A program made the position numbers and the translations under genes. The notes under the pieces are model-generated. The model ran no database searches. It was not told the DNA's origin and was given only the letters and a program-made list of their open reading frames with translations. From an uncultured Gemmatimonadales bacterium (GTDB taxonomy: Bacteria > Gemmatimonadota > Gemmatimonadetes > Palauibacterales > Palauibacteraceae), in the NCBI GenBank assembly GCA_963783385.1, contig CAWANJ010000003.1, forward strand, positions 64,001 through 128,000: a stretch of 64,000 bases of DNA, written 5' to 3'. Every line of letters begins with the position of its first letter. The stretch's first letter is position 1. Below are positions 38,370 through 47,703 of the stretch, piece after piece.

Positions 38370-39742
38370 CCCGGGTCCTGGTCGTCGACGACGTCCCGGC
38401 CGTGGCGGAGCAGTACGCCTACGACCTCCGGAGGCTGGGCGAGTTCCGCACCCTGGTCGCCACCGGGGGACGCGAGGCGCTCCAGGTGCTGGCCTCGGAG
38501 GCGGTGGACTGCGTGGTCCTGGACCTGGAGATGCCGGGCGTCGACGGCTTCGACGTCCTCACGGCCCTGGCCCGCGAGGGCAGCGACGTGCCGGTGATCG
38601 TGTACACCGGCACCGGCGACTACGATCGCTGCGCGCGGGCCATCCGCCTCGGCGCGTTCGGGTTCATCGACAAGGCCGAGCCGGTACGCCGCGTGGTGCA
38701 GGAGATCCGCAGCGCGCTGGAGCGCGGGCGGCTCGCCGCGGAGGTCGAACGCCTTCGCGATCGGCTCGACGACGATGCGGGGCTGCTCGGCACCAGCGGC
38801 GCCATGCTGGAGCTCAAGGAGCGCATCGCCCGCCTGGCGCCGATCCCGAGCCCCGTGCTCGTCCTGGGCGAGAGTGGCACGGGCAAGGAGCTGGTGGCGC
38901 GCCGGCTCCACGACCTGGGCCGGGGCGAGGGGACCCCGTTCGTGGCGGTGAACGGCGCCGCGCTCCCGGAGAACCTGGTCGAGAGCGAGCTGTTCGGGCA
39001 CGAGAAGGGCGCCTTCACGGGAGCGGACCGGCTCCGGGTGGGGGCGTTCGAGGCCGCCGGTCGGGGCACGCTGTTCCTGGACGAGGTGGGGGAGCTGGCC
39101 TCCGCCACGCAGGCCAAGCTCCTCCGGGTACTCGAGCAGCGCGAGCTCACGCGCGTGGGGGGCACGCGCACGGTCGAGGTCGAATGCCGGGTCGTGGCCG
39201 CCACCCACCGGGACCTGGAGGCCGACGTGGCGGACGGCCGCTTCCGGGAGGACCTGTACTATCGGCTCAACGCGCACGTGCTGCGGGTCCCGCCGCTCCG
39301 GGAGCGGCTCTCCGACGTCCCGCTCCTGGCCGATCACTTCCTGGCCGTCACCTGCGAGCGCTTCGGGGTCGCGCCCCGAAAGCTCGGGCCGGAGGCCGCC
39401 GACCGGCTGTGCGCGTACGAGTGGCGGCGCAACAACGTGCGCGAGCTCCGCAACGTGGTCGAGCGCATGGTGATCGCGGGCGACGGACCCGTGGTCCGGG
39501 CCGATGACGTGCCCGCCGACATCCGGGCCGGCGCCGGGGAGGAATCCGGCGGCGACCTCCTGCCCGCTCACCCGGAGGGGCTCAGCTACCAGGCGCTCAA
39601 GGAGGAGGCCGAGCGCCGCATCGTCCTCGGGGCCCTGCGTCGGCACGACGGCCACGTGACGGAGACGGCACGCGCCCTCGGCCTGGCCGACCATGCCAGC
39701 CTCCTGAAGATCATGCGCCGGCTGGGGATCGAGCGCGGCTGA
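38366..39742 (+). CDS. Sigma-54-dependent response regulator (NtrC/NtrX family)
   Basis: Receiver VLVVDD/LDLEMP, GESGTGKE, GAFTGA, LFLDEVGE, FREDLYYRL, C-terminal HTH. Confidence 0.94.
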   Translation: MTRVLVVDDVPAVAEQYAYDLRRLGEFRTLVATGGREALQVLASEAVDCVVLDLEMPGVDGFDVLTALAREGSDVPVIVYTGTGDYDRCARAIRLGAFGFIDKAEPVRRVVQEIRSALERGRLAAEVERLRDRLDDDAGLLGTSGAMLELKERIARLAPIPSPVLVLGESGTGKELVARRLHDLGRGEGTPFVAVNGAALPENLVESELFGHEKGAFTGADRLRVGAFEAAGRGTLFLDEVGELASATQAKLLRVLEQRELTRVGGTRTVEVECRVVAATHRDLEADVADGRFREDLYYRLNAHVLRVPPLRERLSDVPLLADHFLAVTCERFGVAPRKLGPEAADRLCAYEWRRNNVRELRNVVERMVIAGDGPVVRADDVPADIRAGAGEESGGDLLPAHPEGLSYQALKEEAERRIVLGALRRHDGHVTETARALGLADHASLLKIMRRLGIERG

Positions 39743-39772
39743 GCCCGGGTCCGGCCCCCGCCGGCCCCGTCT

Positions 39773-39824
39773 TGTGTCCATCTGGACACATACGGCCTGC
39801 TCCGAACGTGTCCATTCGGACACA
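39773..39824. promoter_or_regulatory. Tandem palindromic enhancer sites (putative UAS for a sigma-54 activator)
   Basis: TGTGTCCA-TC-TGGACACA (39773-39790, perfect) and CGTGTCCA-TT-CGGACACA (39807-39824), 34 bp apart. Confidence 0.75.
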
Positions 39825-39912
39825 TTGAGGGCCTCCTCCCCTGGTTCCGACGATCCCTCAACTCGCTATCTCGCAGCGCCCTGTATCCTCCTCGGCTCGG
39901 CGTTCCGCCGGG

Positions 39913-39927
39913 TGGCGGCACGCTTGC
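39913..39927 (+). promoter_or_regulatory. Sigma-54 -24/-12 promoter
   Basis: TGGCGGCACGCTTGC with exact GG-N10-GC spacing, about 90 bp downstream of the UAS pair and 65 bp upstream of the TPR gene. Confidence 0.72.
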
Positions 39928-39992
39928 CCTTCCACCTCCCCGGTCGCGTGAAACGCACACGGCGCCTTCGGGCGCGGAACGAGGAGGGCACC

Positions 39993-41093
39993 ATGACGGA
40001 CACGAGCAGGCGGAGCGGCGAGCGGGACACGGGGGCCCGCGCGAGGGAGGTGAGGAAGGGGCGCACCTGGCACGGGACCGGGTCCTGGATCCGGCACGCG
40101 GGAGCCGTGCTGGCTGCGGCGCTCATCCTGGCGGGCATGCAGGCGTGTGGGGGGGACGGACCGCCGTCCCGCCACGCGCTCGGCGAGACGACGGCTGGAG
40201 GCCCGGAGTCGGCCTCCGTGGTCGCGCGGCCCGCGTCCAGCGTCACGACCACCCCGGTCGAGGCCGCGGCTCCCGGCACGCCCGGCGTCCCGGCCGGCGG
40301 ATCGGCGCCCGTGGAGGCGTCGCCCACGTCCGGGGTGACGGGACCGGTCAGCTACGCCCGCGCGGCGGCCGCGTACGGGGACGGGCGCTACGACGAGGCG
40401 GTGGCCCTGTTCCGAGCCTACGCCGACCGAAAGCCCGACAACGCGTGGGGTCACTACATGCTGGGGCTCTCCGCCTGGAAGGCCGGACGTCCGCAGCTCG
40501 CCGAGGAGGGCTTCCGGGCCGCCCTGGACCGCGATCCGGACCACCTGAAGAGCCTCGTCAACCTGAGCCGCGTGCTGCTGGAGGACAGCCGGCCGGATGA
40601 CGCCGCCACGACCATCGAGCACGCCCTCCAGGTCGCGCCGGAGGACCCGGCCGCCCTGCGGGTGGCGGGCAACGTGCGCACGGCCCAGGGCCGGCTCGAG
40701 GACGCCGAGGGACTGTACCGGGAGTCGGCGGTCAGGGACCCGGGCCGGGCCTGGACGCTGAACGACCTGGGCCTCGCGCTCGTGCGGCTGGGCCGCTACG
40801 AGGACGCGCTGGCGCCACTCGCCCGGGCCGTCACGCTGCGCCCGCAGGAGCCGACCTTCCAGAACAACCTCGGGGTGGCGCTGGAGCGGACCGGGCACCC
40901 GGACCAGGCGGCCGACGCCTACCGGGCGGCCCTCGAGGCCGCGCCCACCTACCAGAAGGCGGAGATCAGCCTGGAGCGCGTCAAGGACCGAAAGCCCGGT
41001 CCCGGGATCACGCCCGTGGACCTGGCCGCGCTGGCCGAGACGTTCACGGTCGCGTCGCGGACTCCGGCCCGTCCCGACAGCACGGGCCTGTGA
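39993..41093 (+). CDS. Tetratricopeptide repeat lipoprotein
   Basis: Lipobox-like MQAC, Pro/Ala linker, multiple TPRs (NNLGVAL, NDLGLAL); RBS GAGGAGG. Confidence 0.85.
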   Translation: MTDTSRRSGERDTGARAREVRKGRTWHGTGSWIRHAGAVLAAALILAGMQACGGDGPPSRHALGETTAGGPESASVVARPASSVTTTPVEAAAPGTPGVPAGGSAPVEASPTSGVTGPVSYARAAAAYGDGRYDEAVALFRAYADRKPDNAWGHYMLGLSAWKAGRPQLAEEGFRAALDRDPDHLKSLVNLSRVLLEDSRPDDAATTIEHALQVAPEDPAALRVAGNVRTAQGRLEDAEGLYRESAVRDPGRAWTLNDLGLALVRLGRYEDALAPLARAVTLRPQEPTFQNNLGVALERTGHPDQAADAYRAALEAAPTYQKAEISLERVKDRKPGPGITPVDLAALAETFTVASRTPARPDSTGL

Positions 41094-41100
41094 CGGCCCC

Positions 41101-41134
41101 CCGCGCGCCGGCTCGACCCCGGGCCGGCGCGCGG
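41101..41134. terminator. GC-rich hairpin after the TPR gene
   Basis: CCGCGCGCCGGC-N10-GCCGGCGCGCGG 12-bp stem; no U-tract. Confidence 0.4.
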
Positions 41135-41148
41135 CTATGCTGGGGGCC

Positions 41149-41826
41149 ATGTGTGGCCGGTATACGCTGCGGCATTCCGAGTCCGATGTCTCCGAGGCCT
41201 TCGATGCGCTGGGGCCGGAGCTCGGGCTCGTGCCGCGCTTCAACATCGCTCCGACGCAGGACATCGCCGTGGTGCGACCGGACGCGGGGGAGGACGCGCG
41301 CCGGGAGCTGGTCGCCGTGCGCTGGGGCCTCCTGCCCGGCTGGGTGAAGGACCCCGACGACTTCCCGACCCTCATCAACGCCCGGGCCGAGTCCGCCCCC
41401 GCCAAGCCTTCCTTCCGGGAGGCGTTCCGGCATCGGCGCTGTCTGGTCCCGGCCGACGGGTTCTACGAGTGGACGAAGACGGCCGACGCAAAGCAGCCGT
41501 GGTTCATCCACCGCGAGGATGACGGGCTGTTCGCGTTCGCGGGGCTGTGGGAGCGGTGGGAGCGGGACGGGCGACGCGTCGACTCGGCCACCATCCTGAC
41601 CACGACGCCCGGTGGGCTTCTCGAGCGACTGCACGACCGCATGCCGGTGATCCTGCCCGGAGAGAGCTGGTCCGCGTGGCTGGACCCCGACCTGGACGCG
41701 CCCGAGGCCTTGCGCCTGCTGGACTCCCACGAAGAAGGGCTCGAGGCGTTTCCGGTGAGCCGGCACGTCAACAGCCCCTCGCACGACGATCCGTCCTGCA
41801 TTCTGGCCGCGGAGCCGGGCGCTTGA
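41149..41826 (+). CDS. SOS response-associated peptidase (SRAP/YedK family)
   Basis: N-terminal MCGRY, RFNIAPTQ, INARAE, GFYEW, HDRMPVIL. Confidence 0.94.
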   Translation: MCGRYTLRHSESDVSEAFDALGPELGLVPRFNIAPTQDIAVVRPDAGEDARRELVAVRWGLLPGWVKDPDDFPTLINARAESAPAKPSFREAFRHRRCLVPADGFYEWTKTADAKQPWFIHREDDGLFAFAGLWERWERDGRRVDSATILTTTPGGLLERLHDRMPVILPGESWSAWLDPDLDAPEALRLLDSHEEGLEAFPVSRHVNSPSHDDPSCILAAEPGA

Positions 41827-43043
41827 TCCGATCCCCTCTGGCGCTCGGCGCGGTGATCGCGCTGGTCACGGCGCTGGCCTTCTGGCTCGACCACAGGGTG
41901 CCTGCCCTGTCGAAGGTCGGAGCGTCCCTGATGGTGATCGTGTTCGGGGCGGTGCTCTCCAACCTGGGTCTCGTGCCCCTGCACTCCCCGGTGTACACGA
42001 TCGTGTCGGGCCCGATCACCTCCCTCGCCATCGCGTGGCTCCTCCTGGCCGTGCACATCGGAGACCTGCGCAAGGCGGGGCCGCGCATGCTGGGCGCCTT
42101 CGGCCTGGCCGTGTTCGGGACCATCGTGGGCGTGGCCGTGTCCACGGCGCTCCTGGCCGGCCGCTTCGGCGACGAGACGTGGCGGCTGGCCGGCGCGTTC
42201 ACCGGGACGTACACGGGCGGCTCCCTCAACTTCGTCGCGGTGGGCCGGGCCCTGAAGATTCCGTCCGTGCTGTTCGCGGGCGCCACCGCGGCCGACAACC
42301 TGACGACCGGGATCTGGATGGCCGCCTGCCTCCTCCTGCCCGTGTGGCTGGCGCGGCTGTATCCCTTCCCGATCCCGGCCCTGGAGGACGGCATTGGCGC
42401 CGGGGAGGCCGCACGAACGGCCGCGGCGGCGGAGGGACCGGCCGGGGCGGGTCCGGCCGACGAGGGTCCGGCGGCGCCGAAGACCGTCGCGGAGGGCGCC
42501 CATCCCTTCTTCTCGCCGGCCTCGATCTCGGCCCTGGACATGGCCCGCCTCGTGGCGGTAGGGCTGGTGCTCCTGGCCGCCGCGCACATCGTCGGGGGGC
42601 TGGTGCCGCAGGTGCCCGAGGTGCTGTGGCTGACCACCTTCGCGCTCGTCCTGGCCCACGTCGGGCCCTTCTCCCGCATGGAGGGGACGATGCAGCTGGG
42701 GAACTACGCCCTGCACCTGTTCTTCGCCGTCATCGGGATCTACTCGAGGATCGACCAGATCCTGGCGGTCGGCGTGGCCGTGTTCGTGTTCACCATGCTG
42801 ACGGTGGGCATCCACGGCCTCATCGTGTTCGGGCTGGGCCGGGTGGCGCGCATCGATCTCGGCAGCCTCGCCGTGGCCTCGCAGGCGGCCGTGGGCGGAC
42901 CGACCAGCGCCCTGGCCGTGGCCATCTCGCGCGAGTGGCCCGCGCTCGTGCTGCCGGGCATCGTGGTCGGTCTCCTGGGGTACGCGGTCGGCAACTACCT
43001 GGGCTTCGGGGTGGCGTACCTGTTGCGCTCCGTGGGCTTGTGA
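41823..43043 (+). CDS. DUF819 family membrane protein
   Basis: Multi-TM; GTYTGGSLNF, ASQAAVGGPTSA, GLLGYAVGNYLG; TTGA overlap with SRAP. Confidence 0.88.
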   Translation: MIRSPLALGAVIALVTALAFWLDHRVPALSKVGASLMVIVFGAVLSNLGLVPLHSPVYTIVSGPITSLAIAWLLLAVHIGDLRKAGPRMLGAFGLAVFGTIVGVAVSTALLAGRFGDETWRLAGAFTGTYTGGSLNFVAVGRALKIPSVLFAGATAADNLTTGIWMAACLLLPVWLARLYPFPIPALEDGIGAGEAARTAAAAEGPAGAGPADEGPAAPKTVAEGAHPFFSPASISALDMARLVAVGLVLLAAAHIVGGLVPQVPEVLWLTTFALVLAHVGPFSRMEGTMQLGNYALHLFFAVIGIYSRIDQILAVGVAVFVFTMLTVGIHGLIVFGLGRVARIDLGSLAVASQAAVGGPTSALAVAISREWPALVLPGIVVGLLGYAVGNYLGFGVAYLLRSVGL

Positions 43044-43160
43044 GGCGACGGCGGACCCATCGCGTCGCTGCCGGATACAGAACAGAGGAGACGGGCCCGC
43101 GGTCACGCGCGCGGGGCACGGACCGTCGACGGACCGAGAGCCAACCAACCGGAGGAGAGC

Positions 43161-43832
43161 ATGAGCAGGCATTCGTGGAGCGGAGATGAGGCCGGCCTCC
43201 CGGACCGGACGCCGCGCGGGAGCGACCGGCGCGCACGTGCCGTGTCCGGGAGGCTGCTGACGGGCGTGGTGGCGGTGGTCCTGGCCATGCTGGCGGGACG
43301 ACCGCTGACCGCCCAGGACTCGACCTCGGACACACAGCCCGAGGTGAAGGTCGACGTCCTCCGGGTCCTCATCACCAAGGACTTCGCCACCAAGATGGAC
43401 AGCACGCCGGCTCAGATCACCTGGGACGACGTGCGCAAGGGGGTCGTGGTCAACTACGAGGCGACGCCGGCCACGGTCAAGAAGGCCACGAAGCTCAAGC
43501 TGGTCTTCTACGCGGCCCTCGCCCAGGACGGAAAGGTCCAGAACGAGTTCACCTCCGAGCCGGTGGACGTGTTCCCCTCGGCGACCATATCGCAGCCGGA
43601 CAAGTTCCTTCCCGAGAAGTCGATGCTGCCCGGGGGCGTGACGCCCAAGGGTACCTTCGTGGTCGGCAAGGTCACCGTTCCCGACTCGGAGATGCTCGGG
43701 GCGGACATGAAGGCCATCCTCCAGGACCTGTCGGGCAGCGAACCGATCCTCTACCTGCTCGCGGCGCCGGCCGACACGGCGGTTCGCTCCAGCCTCCAGA
43801 CCGCGCCCCTCATCCTGACCCTCAAGGGCTGA
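43161..43832 (+). CDS. Hypothetical secreted protein
   Basis: RBS GGAGGAG, signal peptide, high-GC3 codon usage. Confidence 0.75.
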   Translation: MSRHSWSGDEAGLPDRTPRGSDRRARAVSGRLLTGVVAVVLAMLAGRPLTAQDSTSDTQPEVKVDVLRVLITKDFATKMDSTPAQITWDDVRKGVVVNYEATPATVKKATKLKLVFYAALAQDGKVQNEFTSEPVDVFPSATISQPDKFLPEKSMLPGGVTPKGTFVVGKVTVPDSEMLGADMKAILQDLSGSEPILYLLAAPADTAVRSSLQTAPLILTLKG

Positions 43833-43865
43833 GCGCCTCGCTTGCCCGGTCCCGGCCGATCGCCC

Positions 43866-43901
43866 GAGGCCGTGCGGCGCGCGAGCGCGCGGCACGGCCT
43901 C
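43866..43901. terminator. Hairpin between convergent genes
   Basis: GAGGCCGTGC...GCACGGCCTC 10-bp arms with further internal pairing. Confidence 0.45.
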
Positions 43902-45060
43902 AGGCGCCGCCGGGCACGAACGCCTCGGACCAGCTCCCCGGAACGGGCACCAGCTCCGCGTCGAACCGCCCCGACCGTGCCACCGCGCAAGCGTCGTAAC
44001 GCACGGTCACCGATCCGGGCCCGAGATGCGCGACCGGAGCGCCCCCGCCCGAGGATCCCGCCGCACCCGTGACCACGCCGCCCCGGATCGTCGCCGTGCC
44101 CTCGGTCCGCAGGCTTCCTCCCACCAGGATCAGCCCCTCCCAGCGAAAGCCGTCCCCCAGCACCAGGTCCCCGGCCACCACGAGGGCGCCACTTCCGGAT
44201 CGGCTCGCGTCCGCCCGGAACTCGGGGAGCGCGACGAGGATGCCGGTCCAGCTCCCGTCGGCCAGTCGGGTGGAGACGGGCCACGGGTCGGCCGGCAGTC
44301 GCGCGTCGTACGCCGCTTCGCCGGTCGCGAGCTCGCCCCACTCCTCCCGCAACGAGGCGAGGGCTCCGTCGTCGGCGACCGACAGGGTGTCGGGCGTGCC
44401 CGATGCGGCCAGCGGGCCGCCGGAGGGCTGCAGGTAACCGCCGGGCGAAGACGCCGCGCCCGCCACGGCCGGGGGACCGGCGCCCGCGCACGCGCTGTCG
44501 GAAGCGAGCTCGCCGCGCCCGTCGAGCCGCACGTCCGGCCCCTCGACCTCCAGCCGGCCGAGGGACGTCAGAGCGGCCGGGACGCGGAGGGGCGCGCCGT
44601 CCAGGACGGCCAGGAGACCGAGCGTGCGCGCCGCCCCGTCCTTCCCGGCGGCGTAGGCCCCGGTCGCCGTCAGCCGGTAGAGCCGGCGAAAGGGGCCGCG
44701 GTGGAGCAGCCGCGTCCCCCGGAGCGTGGCCGTGACGCGGGGGGCGATGGCATAGGTCACCCCGAAGGTGTCGGGGAGGGGACCCCGGCTCCGGGCCAGG
44801 AAGCTGGCCGTGGCGGCCTGCGCGGCCAGGTAGGCGTGCACGCCGGCCGCCTGGGTCCGGGCGGCGGCCGCTTCCGTCCTGGCCAGGACGAGCCCTCCTC
44901 CGGCAAGGGCCGACAGCCCGATGAGGACGAGCAACGTGACCAGGAGGGCGAAGCCGCCCTGGCGGCCGGCGTCCGGTCGGCGGTTCGGGGTGACGGGCAC
45001 GGTGGGCCTCCGGGCGAGCGCGAGTGGAGTCGTGACGCCCCGACCGGGAAGGCGCCCCAC
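43900..45060 (-). CDS. PilX-like (pilin-type N-terminus) protein
   Basis: RQGG^FALLVTLLVLIGL prepilin-like helix; AYLAAQA; C-terminal beta-rich G.L.V.GDL..G...W.GLILVGG. Confidence 0.6.
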   Translation of the reverse strand: MGRLPGRGVTTPLALARRPTVPVTPNRRPDAGRQGGFALLVTLLVLIGLSALAGGGLVLARTEAAAARTQAAGVHAYLAAQAATASFLARSRGPLPDTFGVTYAIAPRVTATLRGTRLLHRGPFRRLYRLTATGAYAAGKDGAARTLGLLAVLDGAPLRVPAALTSLGRLEVEGPDVRLDGRGELASDSACAGAGPPAVAGAASSPGGYLQPSGGPLAASGTPDTLSVADDGALASLREEWGELATGEAAYDARLPADPWPVSTRLADGSWTGILVALPEFRADASRSGSGALVVAGDLVLGDGFRWEGLILVGGSLRTEGTATIRGGVVTGAAGSSGGGAPVAHLGPGSVTVRYDACAVARSGRFDAELVPVPGSWSEAFVPGGA

Positions 45061-45131
45061 GTGCCCGGAGAGTGCGGAGCGGCCTCAACGGCGCGACATC
45101 GCGCCGGCCGCCCCGGCGAGGTCGTCGGGAC

Positions 45132-45539
45132 CTAGGAGTCCCCTCGAGCCCCCGACTCGTGCGGCCGGTACATGATCACCCGGGCCCGCTCCAGGGTGAT
45201 GAGGCCGCCCTCGATCATGCGGTCGAGCTCGGGAAGCACCGACTGGATCCGATCCTCCGTGTCCACGACCTCGACCACGATCGGCAGGTCCAGGGACAGC
45301 CGCAGGATCTTGTCCGTGTGGAGCCGCGCGTGGGCCCCGAAGCCCCCGATCCCCCGCAGCACGGTGGTGCCGGCGAAGCCTCTTTCCCGGAAGAGCTTCA
45401 CGAGCTGCTCGTACAGGGGGTGCCCGTCGAAGCGGTCCGACTCCCCGATGAAGATGCGCATCAGGGTGCGTTCCCCCGCGAAGCCTCGCTCCATGCTCCC
45501 TCCGATCGACATCGGTTCGGCGTCCACATCCCGGTCCAC
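45132..45539 (-). CDS. DUF190 (PII-like) protein
   Basis: MRIFIGESDR...GTTVLRGIGGFG...LRLSLDLPIVVEVVD; follows crcB. Confidence 0.9.
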   Translation of the reverse strand: MDRDVDAEPMSIGGSMERGFAGERTLMRIFIGESDRFDGHPLYEQLVKLFRERGFAGTTVLRGIGGFGAHARLHTDKILRLSLDLPIVVEVVDTEDRIQSVLPELDRMIEGGLITLERARVIMYRPHESGARGDS

Positions 45540-45549
45540 GCCGGGCCGC

Positions 45550-45936
45550 CTAGCTACCGTGGCGGAGCATGGCCCCGGCCAGTCCCAGCCCCAGGAACGC
45601 CCCGGCCAGCGCCACCAGCACGCTCCCGGCTACGTACAGGGCCCCCAGCCCCAGCTCTCCGTCCCTCAGGAGCGTGGCCGTCTCGTAGCTGAACGTGCTG
45701 AACGTCGTGAACGCGCCCAAGAATCCGATCATCACCAGCGCCCGCAGGGACGCGTCGGCGGCGATGCCCTGGAGGAAGCGCGCCGTGAATCCCAGGAGGA
45801 AGGCGCCCACGATGTTCACGGCCAGCGTTCCCCAGGGGAACCCCGAGCCCGCCCATCCATGGACCCAGCCTCCGACCGCGTACCGGGCGAGCGCGCCGAG
45901 CGCGCCTCCGATCGCGATGTACACGTAGACCAGCAT
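45550..45936 (-). CDS. crcB: Fluoride efflux channel CrcB/FluC
   Basis: GGALGALARY, FPWGTLAVN, GFLGAFTTFSTF. Confidence 0.96.
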   Translation of the reverse strand: MLVYVYIAIGGALGALARYAVGGWVHGWAGSGFPWGTLAVNIVGAFLLGFTARFLQGIAADASLRALVMIGFLGAFTTFSTFSYETATLLRDGELGLGALYVAGSVLVALAGAFLGLGLAGAMLRHGS

Positions 45937-45962
45937 CGTACCGTGCCCTCCGCGTACGAATA

Positions 45963-46000
45963 GAAAACCCTCCCGACCGGACCTTTGTCCGGTGGGGAGG
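45963..46000 (-). terminator. Intrinsic terminator forming the riboswitch expression platform
   Basis: Minus strand CCTCCCCACCGGAC-AAAG-GTCCGGTCGGGAGGG-TTTTCT; overlaps the 3' end of the aptamer. Confidence 0.75.
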
Positions 46001-46050
46001 AGTCATCAGCCGCGGTGTGGCGCGGCGGTTCCGGCGGACTCCATCGCCGC
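45994..46050 (-). ncRNA. Fluoride riboswitch (crcB motif)
   Basis: Minus strand GGCGATGGAGTCCGCC..AACCGC...GCTGATGACTCCT matches the crcB consensus, directly upstream of crcB. Confidence 0.93.
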
Positions 46051-46106
46051 AATCTGTCGAGAGAATGTGTGCCCGCTCCAGGGCGGGCAAGGATGGTGCC
46101 CCCAGC

Positions 46107-46772
46107 TCAGCCCGTGGCGGGGGCCACGTTCGGGAGGACCGGAAGCAGCCGTCGGACGCCCCGGCGGGCACGCGTCCGCCGGCCTGCGTCGGGTGCCGTG
46201 GCCCGTCCCGACAGCGTCTCGACCAGCTCGGCATCGGCCAGCTCGACGTCGGCCGCCTTCACGTCCACTTCGGCCCGTCGCCGGAGGAGAGCCTGATAGG
46301 CGTGCAGCACCCGTGCGACCTCCCGGTCGTACGCCAGGGAGAGGAAGTCGACGAGCGCATCGGTCGCCTCGTCGCAGCGCCCGGCGCGGTCGGCCGCCTC
46401 CACGAAGTCGAGAACGTGGAGCCGGGCCTCGGCCACCAGGTCCTGGTCGAGGTTCAGCTCGGCCAGGGCGCGGTGGCCGTGGATGTGGGATGGATAGCTG
46501 CGGAGCACCCGCTTCCACACCGCGACGGCGTTGAGGGTGAGCCCCTCCTCGCGGTAGCGGTCGGCCGCCAGACGGTAGCTTTCGAGGGCCGAGCGCTCGT
46601 GCCCCAGGCGGTGGTGGATGTCGGCGATGCGCACGTGAAGGAGTGGGTCCGCGGTCTCCCCCGAGTCCTCGGTCTCGCGGACCGCCCGGTCGTACATCTC
46701 CAGGGCCACGCCGAGGCGGCCTTCGGCGGCCTCGTGACGGGCGTCCATCCTCAGTTGACTGCGATCTTTCAT
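46107..46772 (-). CDS. TPR-like helical protein
   Basis: Helical repeats (RIADIHHRLG..ALESYRLAADRY, AVAVWKRVLR..P). Start uncertain. Confidence 0.7.
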   Translation of the reverse strand: MKDRSQLRMDARHEAAEGRLGVALEMYDRAVRETEDSGETADPLLHVRIADIHHRLGHERSALESYRLAADRYREEGLTLNAVAVWKRVLRSYPSHIHGHRALAELNLDQDLVAEARLHVLDFVEAADRAGRCDEATDALVDFLSLAYDREVARVLHAYQALLRRRAEVDVKAADVELADAELVETLSGRATAPDAGRRTRARRGVRRLLPVLPNVAPATG

Positions 46773-47074
46773 CGACGGCGTGACCCCGCGGCTGGGTGCG
46801 CTTCCGGTCCAAGGGCGGTGCCCGCGGAGGCGCAAGGTGCCTCCGGGTCGTGGGTCGCTTCATCCCATTATATCAAGGTGCGTACCGGGCGAACGTGCGG
46901 TCGCGCTGCGGGCTGTCACGTGCGCGTGGCAGGCGGATTTCAAGGTCTCACGCGGCGCCGGCGTCCGCGGCCGCGGGCGGGCGACATGCGTGGCATGAGT
47001 CCACCCCGCTTGCATTTCGCAAGGAAGAGCGGTGCCGCTCGGACGGCGTCGTACGGCGGCGCCTCCCGGCGTTC

Positions 47075-47476
47075 CTAGTCGCGGTCCGTGTTGAAGGTGT
47101 CCGCCACGGCCTTCCAGCTGCCATCGGCCTGGCGCCGGTACACGGTGAGGTACTTCCCGTAGTCCTGGAGGAGGGCGCCGTGCCGGGGGCGGAGGATGCT
47201 CGTGTAGTGACCGAACTCGTAGGCCAGGTCGCCGGAGCTCTCGATGTGGTCCGGCTCGAGCTCGAGCTCGATGAGGCCCTCCTCCGGCCGGGCGCGCCAG
47301 TACTCCAGCAGCGCTTCCCGGCCCCGGACTACGGCCTGTCTCGGGGGCATGAAGACGGCGTCGTCCGCGTAGTAGTCGTCCACCATCGCGTCCATGTCCT
47401 GCTCCCGGATCCTGCGGACGCGTCGGCGAACGGCCTCACGGATGACTGCGGCCGGATCGGCGGTGGGCTCGGGCAT
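47075..47476 (-). CDS. SnoaL/DUF4440 (YybH-like) NTF2-fold protein
   Basis: YADDAVFMPP...VRGRE, SGDLAYEFG, GKYLTVYRRQADGSWK. Confidence 0.88.
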   Translation of the reverse strand: MPEPTADPAAVIREAVRRRVRRIREQDMDAMVDDYYADDAVFMPPRQAVVRGREALLEYWRARPEEGLIELELEPDHIESSGDLAYEFGHYTSILRPRHGALLQDYGKYLTVYRRQADGSWKAVADTFNTDRD

Positions 47477-47703
47477 GGGGGTCTCCTGGCGTGGAGTGGC
47501 GCGACGGGTTCAACCTCGGACGGCGGGGGCGGGAGCCGCAAGTGGAGGGACGGGCAGGAGAAGTCGGTCGGGACGCGGCCCTTCAAATTTTCGGAAAACT
47601 GCCTTAGACTTGAAACATCGGGCCACAGTTCGAATCCGGTCGGCGTGATCTCGTTGCGTGCTTCGCCGAGCGTCGACTCGTTCTTCTTGCCTGGGGAGAC
47701 TCC

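Noticed and set aside
47628-47648. Possible tRNA gene
   Set aside because: The 5' T-stem strand does not pair and no D-arm or anticodon arm is seen, so it is kept only as a possible remnant.
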